DNA of 14,859 bases from a virus (Duplodnaviria; Heunggongvirae; Uroviricota; Caudoviricetes): positions 1 to 14,859 of IMG/VR virus record IMGVR_UViG_2675903606_000023; one strand, written 5' to 3'. Position 1 is the stretch's first letter. Every line of letters begins with the position of its first letter. The notes beneath the pieces were generated by a model. It made no database searches. It was not told where the DNA came from and was given only the letters and a program-made list of their open reading frames with translations. Shown piece by piece: positions 1 through 6,836 of the stretch. The translations under genes were made by a program, and so were the position numbers.

Positions 1-74
1 CCCGTAACGCCTCTGCCACGCGCGTAACGTGACAGGGATTAAGGGTAAACTAACTGATTTTGCAAGTTTTTATT

Positions 75-1361
75 TTACCCAACTTTCTTATGGGGCATAC
101 ATGGGACACTTTCAGATAGTCTTTTGTTAAGGAGTTCTATCTGTTCGTGATTGTTGTCTTTCATCCATGCTCCGTAAACATTGAATACCATTTGTGCGTT
201 TGTGTGGCCCATCTGGCTTGCGATAAAACTAGGATTAGCTCCAGCGGCAAGTGACCAGCATGCATAAGTATGCCTGGATTGGTACGATTTTCTGTGTCTC
301 AGACCTGCGCGTTTTAAGATACTTGTCCATGACTCCCTGATGGAGTCAACTTTGTAGTGAGGTCCAGACAACTGCTGCTGTTTTATTACCTGAGGGCTAA
401 AAACAAAAGTACATTTATGCACAGCTGTTCTCCCATATTCCCTCTGCTTTACCTCTACAGAATGTTGCTTTCCAAGCATGGTCATTTCCGCCTGGCTTTT
501 AAGAGCATCAATAGCTGGTTGAACCAGATGAATTGTCCTTCCGGTGCCAGCATCGGTTTTTGGTGGAGTGAATTCGCCAAGTTTTGTATAATTCCTACGG
601 ATGGTTATAGTCCTTGCTTTAAGATCTATATCTTCCCATGCCAGCGATACCAGCTCCCCGTGACGAATACCCGTGTATACAGCGAGAATCCACAGGTTTT
701 TTGTTTGTTGATGACGGCAAGCCTCAATAAAACGAATAAATTCGTCACGGGTGAGAGGATCTGGTTTTACCTTGGACTTTTTTAAGGGAGCCAGACCGTT
801 AAATGGGTTTCCTGAGGTATAACCATTATCTGTTGCAAATTGAAACATTCCAGCTATGGTTGTCATATAGTAGTTTACCGTGACCACTGAGCGCCCTTTT
901 ATGGAAGAAGTCTTTCCATTAGAAAGCTTTTGGTAACCGGTCAACAAATCTCTCCTTACGAAAAGTAAATCCTCTTTTGTTATGGATGAAACCAGTTTTT
1001 TTTCACCTAACATTGGTAACATGTTTTTAATTACTGACTGGTAACGGTTATGTGCATTCGCACAAATCTCAATTTTCTTAAGGTCCAACCATTTTTCCGA
1101 AAGTGCCTTAACGGTTATCTCTCTTTTTCCCAGACCAAAGTGTTTCAGGTTAGGGGAATTAGGGAACTGCGCGGCGTAGTCGAAACTCCCCATTCTGATT
1201 GCAAAACAAACGGAAGTGCGAAGTTCACCAGCGATCTTCCGGTTTTTGGCTGTGTCAGGAACACCGAGGTTTTCTCTGACACGTTTGCCATTATAGTGAA
1301 ACCATATACGGAGTGATCCTCCATGGTTTTCAACGCCTGTCGGGTATGATGCGTTACTCAT
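75..1361 (-). CDS. int: Tyrosine-type site-specific integrase (phage integrase family)
   Basis: 428-aa ORF; conserved tyrosine recombinase boxes visible in translation (TGIRHGEL; SRHTYACW...QMGHTNAQMVFNVYGAW); GGAGG Shine-Dalgarno 4-5 nt upstream of ATG at 1361; sits directly downstream of an Xis-like gene. Confidence 0.9.
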   Translation of the reverse strand: MSNASYPTGVENHGGSLRIWFHYNGKRVRENLGVPDTAKNRKIAGELRTSVCFAIRMGSFDYAAQFPNSPNLKHFGLGKREITVKALSEKWLDLKKIEICANAHNRYQSVIKNMLPMLGEKKLVSSITKEDLLFVRRDLLTGYQKLSNGKTSSIKGRSVVTVNYYMTTIAGMFQFATDNGYTSGNPFNGLAPLKKSKVKPDPLTRDEFIRFIEACRHQQTKNLWILAVYTGIRHGELVSLAWEDIDLKARTITIRRNYTKLGEFTPPKTDAGTGRTIHLVQPAIDALKSQAEMTMLGKQHSVEVKQREYGRTAVHKCTFVFSPQVIKQQQLSGPHYKVDSIRESWTSILKRAGLRHRKSYQSRHTYACWSLAAGANPSFIASQMGHTNAQMVFNVYGAWMKDNNHEQIELLNKRLSESVPCMPHKKVG

Positions 1362-1394
1362 TAAACCTCCCAGACGTCCAGGAGCATTAACAGG

Positions 1395-1649
1395 TTAACC
1401 GGAACTTGCATTTTTGGCACCTGGTTGTTTCTGGTTTTCGATCCATCGCATAATTTCTTCGATGTTGTACAGGCATTCACTGTAGTGCCCCGGATCACCT
1501 TCTACAGCGTAATGGCGGTATTCTTTTCCCTGCATCCATGACTTTCTTCTTGCCCGCTCAATGGTGCCAGGCTTTAGCCCTGTTGATGCAATGAGGACTC
1601 TCTCCGTACACCATTTGCTGGGGGTTATCTGATAGATGATTGTCTGCAT
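1395..1649 (-). CDS. xis: Excisionase-like small DNA-binding protein (Xis)
   Basis: 84-aa ORF immediately upstream of int on the same strand; AGGAG SD 6 nt upstream of ATG; sequence pattern (W...RW...GKEYRHY) resembles the winged-helix Xis family. Family call is from memory, not a search. Confidence 0.6.
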   Translation of the reverse strand: MQTIIYQITPSKWCTERVLIASTGLKPGTIERARRKSWMQGKEYRHYAVEGDPGHYSECLYNIEEIMRWIENQKQPGAKNASSG

Positions 1650-1805
1650 GCCAAGCTCCTAAAACGTTTATCCGCGGCAGTGGCACCACACTTCAAACAT
1701 TCGTCTCACAATTTCGCGACAGTAGAAACCGTCAACATCTCGCGTCAGGTCATAGCGACTGCCATAACGCTGGTGGACCCATAGTTCAAATGCTTTATTC
1801 ACTCT

Positions 1806-2048
1806 TCACTTCCTTTTCATGGCGCGTAATTTTTTCAGGTGAGCTTCCTGCTCTGTTTCTGCCAGTATTTGTCGGTATTCCTGGTGATCAATATGTTCAA
1901 ACTGGTTGTTGAATTCACTGATGCGTACTCGACCGGAGTGTCCGTCCATGCGTCGAAAGAACACTGAGTGCTCAGTGCTGCGAGTAATCACCACAGGGTA
2001 TCCGGTCCTGTCCGTGTATATTTGCCCGCGTTGAATAAGTGTGAACAT
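1806..2048 (-). CDS. Hypothetical phage protein (80 aa from ATG at 2048; ORF is open up to 2081)
   Basis: ORF with GGGGA SD about 7 nt upstream of ATG at 2048, which lies 4 nt after the stop of the upstream gene; no recognisable family. Confidence 0.45.
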   Translation of the reverse strand: MFTLIQRGQIYTDRTGYPVVITRSTEHSVFFRRMDGHSGRVRISEFNNQFEHIDHQEYRQILAETEQEAHLKKLRAMKRK

Positions 2049-2052
2049 GTGG

Positions 2053-2682
2053 TTATCCCCAGCGGCAAATCGCAAAAACAATCAGCGCGATCGACATTGC
2101 AACACCAACAATTGCAAATGCATCAGGCCAGGTCATTGATTCACCTCCTGCGGCGGCTCTGGTAGCTGCATCCAGAACAAGGCGTTCCCTAACCACGATA
2201 AACATTCGCTCACTACAGCTTATCCAACCATCCGGAGTTACCGGAGAGTTGCCGGGTTCTTTAATGTGCAAGCGAGGCTCACCATCTTTTGGTTCAGGCC
2301 ACTGGCGCTTCATGTTGATCTTCAATTTATCTTCCATAGCAGCGGTAATTTCAGCATCACTGATACCAGCACGGCGCTGTGCATCCCACAACAGGAACTG
2401 CATATCAGCCCACTCGCTGAGATCGTCAGGTTCGGCTGCGGCTTCCAGAGCCTCTTTTGAGAGATGTTTCAGCGGACCAATGGGGCCAACGCAGCCAAAT
2501 GTGGAGTCAGACCATTTGGCATGCTCGTGGCGAATCTGTTCGCGTTCCAGTGATGCCAGTGCAATTTTTAATGCGGTAAGCATGTTGTTTTGATCTTCAT
2601 CAAGTCCGAACGGTATTTCATCCCGTGCTGACTCAATGCTGGTAATCGTTTTCTGTAGCCATTCTTTGGTAATAGTGGTCAT
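2053..2682 (-). CDS. Hypothetical early protein, DUF550/MazG-like N-terminal region (tentative) with C-terminal hydrophobic segment
   Basis: 209-aa ORF, AGGAG SD 7 nt upstream of ATG; start lies 2 nt after the stop of the Ea22-like gene; C-terminal AFAIVGVAMSIALIVFAICRWG looks like a transmembrane anchor. The DUF550 assignment is recollection only. Confidence 0.5.
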   Translation of the reverse strand: MTTITKEWLQKTITSIESARDEIPFGLDEDQNNMLTALKIALASLEREQIRHEHAKWSDSTFGCVGPIGPLKHLSKEALEAAAEPDDLSEWADMQFLLWDAQRRAGISDAEITAAMEDKLKINMKRQWPEPKDGEPRLHIKEPGNSPVTPDGWISCSERMFIVVRERLVLDAATRAAAGGESMTWPDAFAIVGVAMSIALIVFAICRWG

Positions 2683-2683
2683 C

Positions 2684-3028
2684 TCACTCTCCTTCTATGC
2701 GAATACCAGCAGCAGTCAGTGCTGCATTGACCTCATCAGCGTAGTAGTACGTTAATCCACTTGATGATTTAGCCAGCTTGAATGGTTCTGGTAACTTCAC
2801 TGTGCGGGACTCCTGTTCGTCGATACGCTGTTTTGCTTCCTCCAGTTCATCCAGCAAATCAGCGATAATATCCACTTCACGATGACGGATTTCTCTCTTA
2901 AACGCAGCCAAAGCTGCATCACAATCCTGCTCAGCATTTGGACTGTCTGGATTTTCCTGATACCACGCCAGCGTCGATTGATAGTTTTGTGCCGCCTCAC
3001 GCAATGCCTGATAGTCAATCTTGCTCAC
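2684..3028 (-). CDS. Ead/Ea22-like protein
   Basis: 114-aa ORF starting at GTG with AGGAGG SD 6 nt upstream; N-terminal MSKIDYQALREAA... resembles lambdoid Ea22/Ead-like proteins; position between xis and the immunity region matches the lambda ea22 location. Confidence 0.55.
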   Translation of the reverse strand: MSKIDYQALREAAQNYQSTLAWYQENPDSPNAEQDCDAALAAFKREIRHREVDIIADLLDELEEAKQRIDEQESRTVKLPEPFKLAKSSSGLTYYYADEVNAALTAAGIRIEGE

Positions 3029-3329
3029 TGGCTGCCTCCTTTGCCGGGATTTCTAACTTTTGAGTGGTTGTATCAAATTCAAACAACTTAACCACGTCAT
3101 CAAACAGGACATAATCACCATCAGGATCTTCAGTCATATCTGCGCCACAATCCTGACCGCACGAGTCGCAACCATCCATATCAAGCTCGTATCGCTTCAG
3201 GTTTGCGATATTTGATAAATTCAGCGCCAGTACAGCCAGGTCATAAACCTCTTCGGCAGTGACATCGCTGTTCAGTCCCATTTCATGGCGATATATGATT
3301 TTTTCTACTCGTTGTTTTGTGATCGTCAT
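3015..3329 (-). CDS. Hypothetical acidic phage protein (start uncertain: TTG 3353, ATG 3329 or ATG 3281)
   Basis: ORF 3015..3353; the ATG at 3329 has an AAGAG/GGAG SD-like purine stretch upstream; 3' end overlaps the Ea22-like start by 14 nt; acidic, Cys-containing C-terminal half. Confidence 0.45.
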   Translation of the reverse strand: MTITKQRVEKIIYRHEMGLNSDVTAEEVYDLAVLALNLSNIANLKRYELDMDGCDSCGQDCGADMTEDPDGDYVLFDDVVKLFEFDTTTQKLEIPAKEAASEQD

Positions 3330-3600
3330 TTTTCTCTTCACTCCGATATACAAGGATTACTACACCCCCTCTGCTGATTGCGCGAGCTGGATCCCCTGGT
3401 TCCATGCCGTCAATTCCGAAGGCTTCGGAAAACGCATTCATTGCCTTCTGGCGTTCATCCTGCTTACGGCGTTTATTCCATTTTTTCAGGAACAACAGCG
3501 ACAGCCACCGTCCGCTGCAGAACACGATGTAAAAATAACCAAGGAGCGCCAGGCCGACATTCAGGGCCGTTTCTATGGTTAGTTGTGAGTCAGTTGCCAT
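3283..3600 (-). CDS. Small putative membrane protein (single N-terminal transmembrane helix, basic juxtamembrane segment)
   Basis: 105-aa ORF; N-terminal hydrophobic stretch LTIETALNVGLALLGYFYIVFCSG followed by KKWNKRRKQDERQK; overlaps neighbouring genes at both ends. Confidence 0.45.
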   Translation of the reverse strand: MATDSQLTIETALNVGLALLGYFYIVFCSGRWLSLLFLKKWNKRRKQDERQKAMNAFSEAFGIDGMEPGDPARAISRGGVVILVYRSEEKNDDHKTTSRKNHISP

Positions 3601-3838
3601 TTCTTACCTGTTTAAGTAACTGGTTGAACATAACACTTAGGGGATTGCTGTATCCAAACGGCAGATTGTTTACGCAGTACAGAATCATTTTGTTTTTTTC
3701 TCCAGTTCGTACTATTAACCCATTCCACAATAACCGTGATAATTCATTACTGATAGAAGTTGCGCTTCTTCCAAGTGCGAGGGATATATCTTCTCTACTG
3801 CAATCTGGATTTTCCTGGATATACTCGATAACGGTCAT
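3590..3838 (-). CDS. Small hypothetical protein with helix-turn-helix-like segment
   Basis: ORF 3590..3880; the ATG at 3838 has an AAGGGA SD about 6 nt upstream and lies just after the stop (3849) of the upstream gene; SREDISLALGRSATSISNELSRLL resembles a winged-helix recognition region. Confidence 0.5.
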   Translation of the reverse strand: MTVIEYIQENPDCSREDISLALGRSATSISNELSRLLWNGLIVRTGEKNKMILYCVNNLPFGYSNPLSVMFNQLLKQVRNGN

Positions 3839-3848
3839 GTGGTCCCTT

Positions 3849-4430
3849 TTACTTAATATCTGTTTCGGATTGCATGCCATGAGTATTCATTTCGTTAATA
3901 ATTTCATCCAGAAGGATTTCAAGCCCTTCTCGACCCATATCTGAAAGAATGAAACCTTTATCAGGGGAAGTAGTGAGCATTTTCTGATAAAGAAACAGCG
4001 CTCTTCCCATTCCTTCAGCTTCGCCGTATTTTTGAATTAAATTCCATTCAATATACTGTTGTAAGGCAAATCGAATGGGGCCGGGATATATCGTCATAAA
4101 CCCATACATCCCGTTATATACCACGGCGTGTTCAGTTGTTCCGTGTTCATTCAGGATATCAATTGTGCCGTTCTTGTCTTCTTCTTCGTTGATGAATGCC
4201 GTCACATACAACCATCGCCACTGAGCAACCTTCATCTCAACCGGAAGTTTACCCAGTAATCCTGCTTCGTCGGCTTGCGCCAGACACTGAAGGATACGTA
4301 AACCTCGCACATTAGGAGTATCGAATTCTCCGGCATCCAGACGACGTATGGCGTCGTGATAATCAATCGTCATACTGCCAGTTCGTATACCATTGGCTGT
4401 TGCTTCAGCCTGGAATTCATCGTATTGCAT
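3849..4430 (-). CDS. Hypothetical phage protein (193 aa), function unknown
   Basis: Long ORF with GAGGAA SD about 9 nt upstream of ATG at 4430; coding-like composition; no family recognised by eye. Confidence 0.55.
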   Translation of the reverse strand: MQYDEFQAEATANGIRTGSMTIDYHDAIRRLDAGEFDTPNVRGLRILQCLAQADEAGLLGKLPVEMKVAQWRWLYVTAFINEEEDKNGTIDILNEHGTTEHAVVYNGMYGFMTIYPGPIRFALQQYIEWNLIQKYGEAEGMGRALFLYQKMLTTSPDKGFILSDMGREGLEILLDEIINEMNTHGMQSETDIK

Positions 4431-4435
4431 GATAT

Positions 4436-4630
4436 TTATTCCTCATCTTCATCTTCATCTTCATCTGCTGGTGCAATAACGTCATATCCTGCCTTTTCTG
4501 CAATAAACAGGAATGTTGAAAGAGTTCCTACAAGTTCATCGTCATGAACATGGCGAATGAATATTACTTTCCCGTTTTTGATGGTCAGCAATATTCTGGT
4601 TTGTTCGTGTTCTGCTGTTTTCTGATGCAT
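4436..4630 (-). CDS. Small protein with poly-acidic C-terminal tail (…ADEDEDEDEE)
   Basis: 64-aa ORF, GGGAGA SD 6 nt upstream of ATG at 4630; the C-terminal tail is encoded by the (TCATCT)x4 repeat at 4443..4466. Confidence 0.5.
   Translation of the reverse strand: MHQKTAEHEQTRILLTIKNGKVIFIRHVHDDELVGTLSTFLFIAEKAGYDVIAPADEDEDEDEE
4443..4466. repeat. Hexanucleotide tandem repeat (TCATCT)x4 encoding an alternating Asp/Glu tail
   Basis: Four perfect tandem copies read directly from the sequence, in frame at the 3' end of the 64-aa ORF. Confidence 0.9.
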
Positions 4631-4632
4631 TA

Positions 4633-4746
4633 TTATCTCCCGTATGCTTTACGCAGAAATAAGCAGGCAATATGCATGTAATTTTCACCGTATTGTGCAA
4701 TAAGGCAGGCGGTCTTGTGTGATGCCATATTCTTTATAAAAGTCAC
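4633..4746 (-). CDS. Candidate small ORF (37 aa from GTG 4746; 31 aa from ATG 4728), not in the supplied ORF track
   Basis: GGAGG (4758..4754) lies 7 nt upstream of GTG at 4746; the reading frame runs to a TAA at 4635..4633, 2 nt before the ATG of the 64-aa gene. Translation: VTFIKNMASHKTACLIAQYGENYMHIACLFLRKAYGR. Confidence 0.25.
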   Translation of the reverse strand: MTFIKNMASHKTACLIAQYGENYMHIACLFLRKAYGR

Positions 4747-4824
4747 AATAAAGCCTCCTGTGGATTAAGGTTGTAACAATCCCCGGCGATAAAACCGCAA
4801 TAAACGTTCAGGGCATATTTGTTG

Positions 4825-5190
4825 TTATTGCGCTAATTCTTTTTCGGCAGCAGCTTTTGTATACTCACATGCAAAACTCAGAATTTCGCTGCCGAGTGTT
4901 TTCGTTTCGTGATTACTGGACATATGTAATACCTGTGTTGCATGCAATAAATGATAAACATTTACCGCAAATGAATCAGGCTCCAGACAAATGCCTTCGT
5001 AATTATCTTGCTGTGAGGTTGTTTCTGTCATTGCTCCTGAAGTGCATGCGAGCCTGTTTTTGACAATTCTCTTTTCTCTAATCACTATATCGGCAACATC
5101 TATTGCCTTTACAACCTCCGGGAGAAGTTCCGGGTTTGTATAATCAAAGTCATCAACATGGAGAACAGTTATGTTTTCGAACTTTTTCAT
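4825..5190 (-). CDS. Hypothetical phage protein (121 aa), function unknown
   Basis: ORF with AGGAAG SD about 4-5 nt upstream of ATG at 5190; no recognisable family. Confidence 0.55.
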   Translation of the reverse strand: MKKFENITVLHVDDFDYTNPELLPEVVKAIDVADIVIREKRIVKNRLACTSGAMTETTSQQDNYEGICLEPDSFAVNVYHLLHATQVLHMSSNHETKTLGSEILSFACEYTKAAAEKELAQ

Positions 5191-5318
5191 GGCTTCCTCA
5201 GCTGACTTATATGTTCTGCTATATAGCGAGTCTCAGAAGTGTTTTCATATTGAGACTGTTTCCGCAATGATTGATAAAAATGTTCGCATGTACCTTGAAG
5301 GGCGAAGCGGCGATTATG

Positions 5319-5867
5319 TCACCATTGGTATTGGTTCTTCCGCAGAAGAGCTTCGCGAGATAAGGGGCAAACTTGTTGAGATGCGTCATGGTGTTGCTGC
5401 TCCTCACTTTTTGGTTGCTCCGGAGGAGTAACCTCACCAGTTAACAGGCACATCGGATCGCAGCCAAGAATATTTGCCAGTGGGATAAGCATACTGATAG
5501 TTGGTTCATACTCTCCGCTCTCCCACTGGATGATAATTTCTTCATCGAGATCGAGCAGCCTGGCGAGTTCGGCGGTTGTTAAGCCGCAGGCTTCGCGTTG
5601 GGTGCGAAGGTTAACCAGCCAGCTTTCAGGGAAGGATTGTTTTTGTTGTGCAGGAGAAGCAGCAGATAGAGCATATTCATGGATAAATTCCATTACCTCA
5701 ATGCCCAGTTCCTTTGAGCGAGCACAATCCAGAAGATGGAATGTGCGTACAGCACTTAGCAAATTTGCAATATTTAATGCAAAGGAATCAAGTTCTAAGC
5801 CCTTAAGCGTAACACAGCCGCAGTTGATAAAATTAGTTGTTTCTGGAGTTGCTTTTAGTGTCTTCAT
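5319..5867 (-). CDS. Protein with C-terminal XRE-family helix-turn-helix domain and uncharacterised N-terminal domain (ORF open to TTG at 5897)
   Basis: HTH_XRE-like segment LRTQREACGLTTAELARLLDLDEEIIIQWESGEYEPTISMLIPLANILG in the C-terminal half; ATG at 5867 has a GGCGGA SD-like element upstream; first gene downstream of the PL-like promoter. Confidence 0.6.
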   Translation of the reverse strand: MKTLKATPETTNFINCGCVTLKGLELDSFALNIANLLSAVRTFHLLDCARSKELGIEVMEFIHEYALSAASPAQQKQSFPESWLVNLRTQREACGLTTAELARLLDLDEEIIIQWESGEYEPTISMLIPLANILGCDPMCLLTGEVTPPEQPKSEEQQHHDASQQVCPLSREALLRKNQYQW

Positions 5868-5920
5868 ATATCCGCCAACAATTTTAAATTGAATCAAATC
5901 AAGTTATAATTGATGGTGCG

Positions 5921-5949
5921 ATATTATGTTTTGGGAAACAGGCTGTCAA
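5921..5949 (-). promoter_or_regulatory. Candidate leftward early promoter (PL-like): -35 TTGACA, 17-bp spacer, -10 TAATAT
   Basis: Minus strand reads TTGACA (5949..5944), a 17-nt spacer, then TAATAT (5926..5921); flanked by two TCAA-N7-TTGA inverted repeats (5898..5914 and 5946..5960) that could be repressor operators. Confidence 0.55.
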
Positions 5950-5978
5950 GAAAAAATTGATATCGTATATTTCAGGCA

Positions 5979-6003
5979 GAAAAAAAACGGGCAAAGCCCG
6001 TTA
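5979..6003 (-). terminator. Rho-independent terminator downstream of cI
   Basis: On the minus strand: 7-bp stem AACGGGC/GCCCGTT with a 3-nt loop (6003..5987), followed by a run of 8 U; begins 10 nt after the cI stop codon. Confidence 0.75.
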
Positions 6004-6013
6004 AAATCAAAGA

Positions 6014-6703
6014 CTAACCAAATCTGTTTATGTTGAATGGTACTGATGAGATCACTTTAGACTGGATATAAAGCAGAGCTAACCCCTCTTTTTCGATGCT
6101 CCATGGTTGATAATTGGGGTTATCAGATAACACCATGATTTTGCTTCCAATTTTTTGAAGCCTTTTCACGTAGCATTCTCCATCAAAACAAAATGCATAA
6201 ATACCATCGCCATCAAAATAAGTTACTGTCTTATCAAGAAAAAGAAGGTCGCCAGGTGAGATTGTGGGAGCCATACTGTCTCCTCTGGCGTTACCTATTT
6301 CTATATTTTTGAATGCCCGATTTCCAACAAGACGTCGGGCATATTCAGGATCAAGTTCTATTGAGCGCACTACATCTATCAAGTCACCACGGACATGAGT
6401 TCCATCACCGCAACTAAACTCAACATCAAGGACATTAAATACGACGCTATCTGTTCTTGTCTGGTGTTTCTCTTGCGAAGAAAAGGTTGGTGAGGAGTCT
6501 TCACCTAAGAACCAGGATTGTGGATAACCGCTAATCTCTGATAAATGCGCGAGCTTATCACTCCGTGGAAATGTTTTTCCTGTTGTCCAGTACTGCACTG
6601 ATTGCGCACTCACACCTAACTTGCGGGCCAGTTGAGCCTGAGTCCATCCTTTTGCTTTCAGCATCGCGGCTATTCGATTTTCCGTGTTTTTGACGTTCTT
6701 CAT
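6014..6703 (-). CDS. cI: CI-like prophage repressor (N-terminal HTH, C-terminal S24 LexA-like peptidase domain)
   Basis: N-terminal HTH (RIAAMLKAKGWTQAQLARKLGVSAQSVQYW); C-terminal autocleavage motifs GDSMAPTI (Ser) and YVKRL (Lys); AGGA SD 7 nt upstream of ATG at 6703 (ORF open to TTG at 6709); divergent from a Cro-like gene. Confidence 0.85.
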   Translation of the reverse strand: MKNVKNTENRIAAMLKAKGWTQAQLARKLGVSAQSVQYWTTGKTFPRSDKLAHLSEISGYPQSWFLGEDSSPTFSSQEKHQTRTDSVVFNVLDVEFSCGDGTHVRGDLIDVVRSIELDPEYARRLVGNRAFKNIEIGNARGDSMAPTISPGDLLFLDKTVTYFDGDGIYAFCFDGECYVKRLQKIGSKIMVLSDNPNYQPWSIEKEGLALLYIQSKVISSVPFNINRFG

Positions 6704-6709
6704 GACCAA

Positions 6710-6836
6710 ATCCTGTGGGTTTCTTTACAAGGATAAATCTTTACTTGATTTTAGTGTATTCGATCCTTTTGCAACTTGCATGTTAATTTAAACTTGATGT
6801 ATTCTTGATTTATAAAGTTAATATTGGTGCTTTGTT
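6710..6836. promoter_or_regulatory. Divergent cI/cro intergenic control region (OR/PR/PRM equivalent) with repeated CTTGAT motifs
   Basis: 127-bp AT-rich spacer between divergent cI and cro-like genes; CTTGAT occurs at 6744..6749, 6793..6798 and 6804..6809 (the last two 11 bp apart); candidate -35/-10 hexamers present but not uniquely assignable by eye. Confidence 0.6.

Noticed and set aside
1-74. Possible attL core at the left edge next to int
   Set aside because: No host flank or second att copy is available in the window to define a repeat; cannot be supported from this sequence alone.
357-1333. ORF-track frames 357..785 (+), 1050..1316 (+), 1145..1333 (-) inside the integrase gene
   Set aside because: Lie entirely within or antisense to the well-supported integrase frame; no SD; composition typical of shadow ORFs.
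1650-1805. Possible small gene in the 156-bp gap between the 80-aa gene and xis
   Set aside because: Minus-strand frames in this gap are 10 codons or fewer; more likely an untranslated promoter/regulatory spacer (it also contains a Chi octamer at 1769).
1640-1912. Plus-strand ORF 1640..1912
   Set aside because: Antisense to the xis start and the upstream small gene; no SD; the minus-strand genes here have strong SDs.
1968-2593. Plus-strand ORFs 1968..2165, 2249..2593, 2266..2460
   Set aside because: Antisense to the minus-strand 80-aa and DUF550-like genes; Arg/Ser-rich shadow-frame composition.
2797-3091. ORFs 2797..3018 (-) and 2882..3091 (+)
   Set aside because: Alternative frames overlapping the Ea22-like gene, which has a strong AGGAGG SD; no independent support.
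3259-3944. Plus-strand ORFs 3259..3582 and 3378..3944
   Set aside because: Antisense to three consecutive SD-supported minus-strand genes.
4356-5063. Plus-strand ORFs 4356..4547 (poly-Ser) and 4857..5063
   Set aside because: The poly-Ser frame is the antisense reading of the (TCATCT) acidic-tail repeat; both lack SDs and oppose the operon direction.
5219-5892. ORFs 5219..5437 (-) and 5530..5892 (+)
   Set aside because: Alternative and antisense frames of the HTH gene region; no SD.
6519-6527. Perfect DnaA-box-like 9-mer TGTGGATAA (TTATCCACA on the minus strand) inside cI
   Set aside because: Single isolated copy within coding sequence; chance occurrence is plausible and there is no cluster or AT-rich unwinding element nearby.
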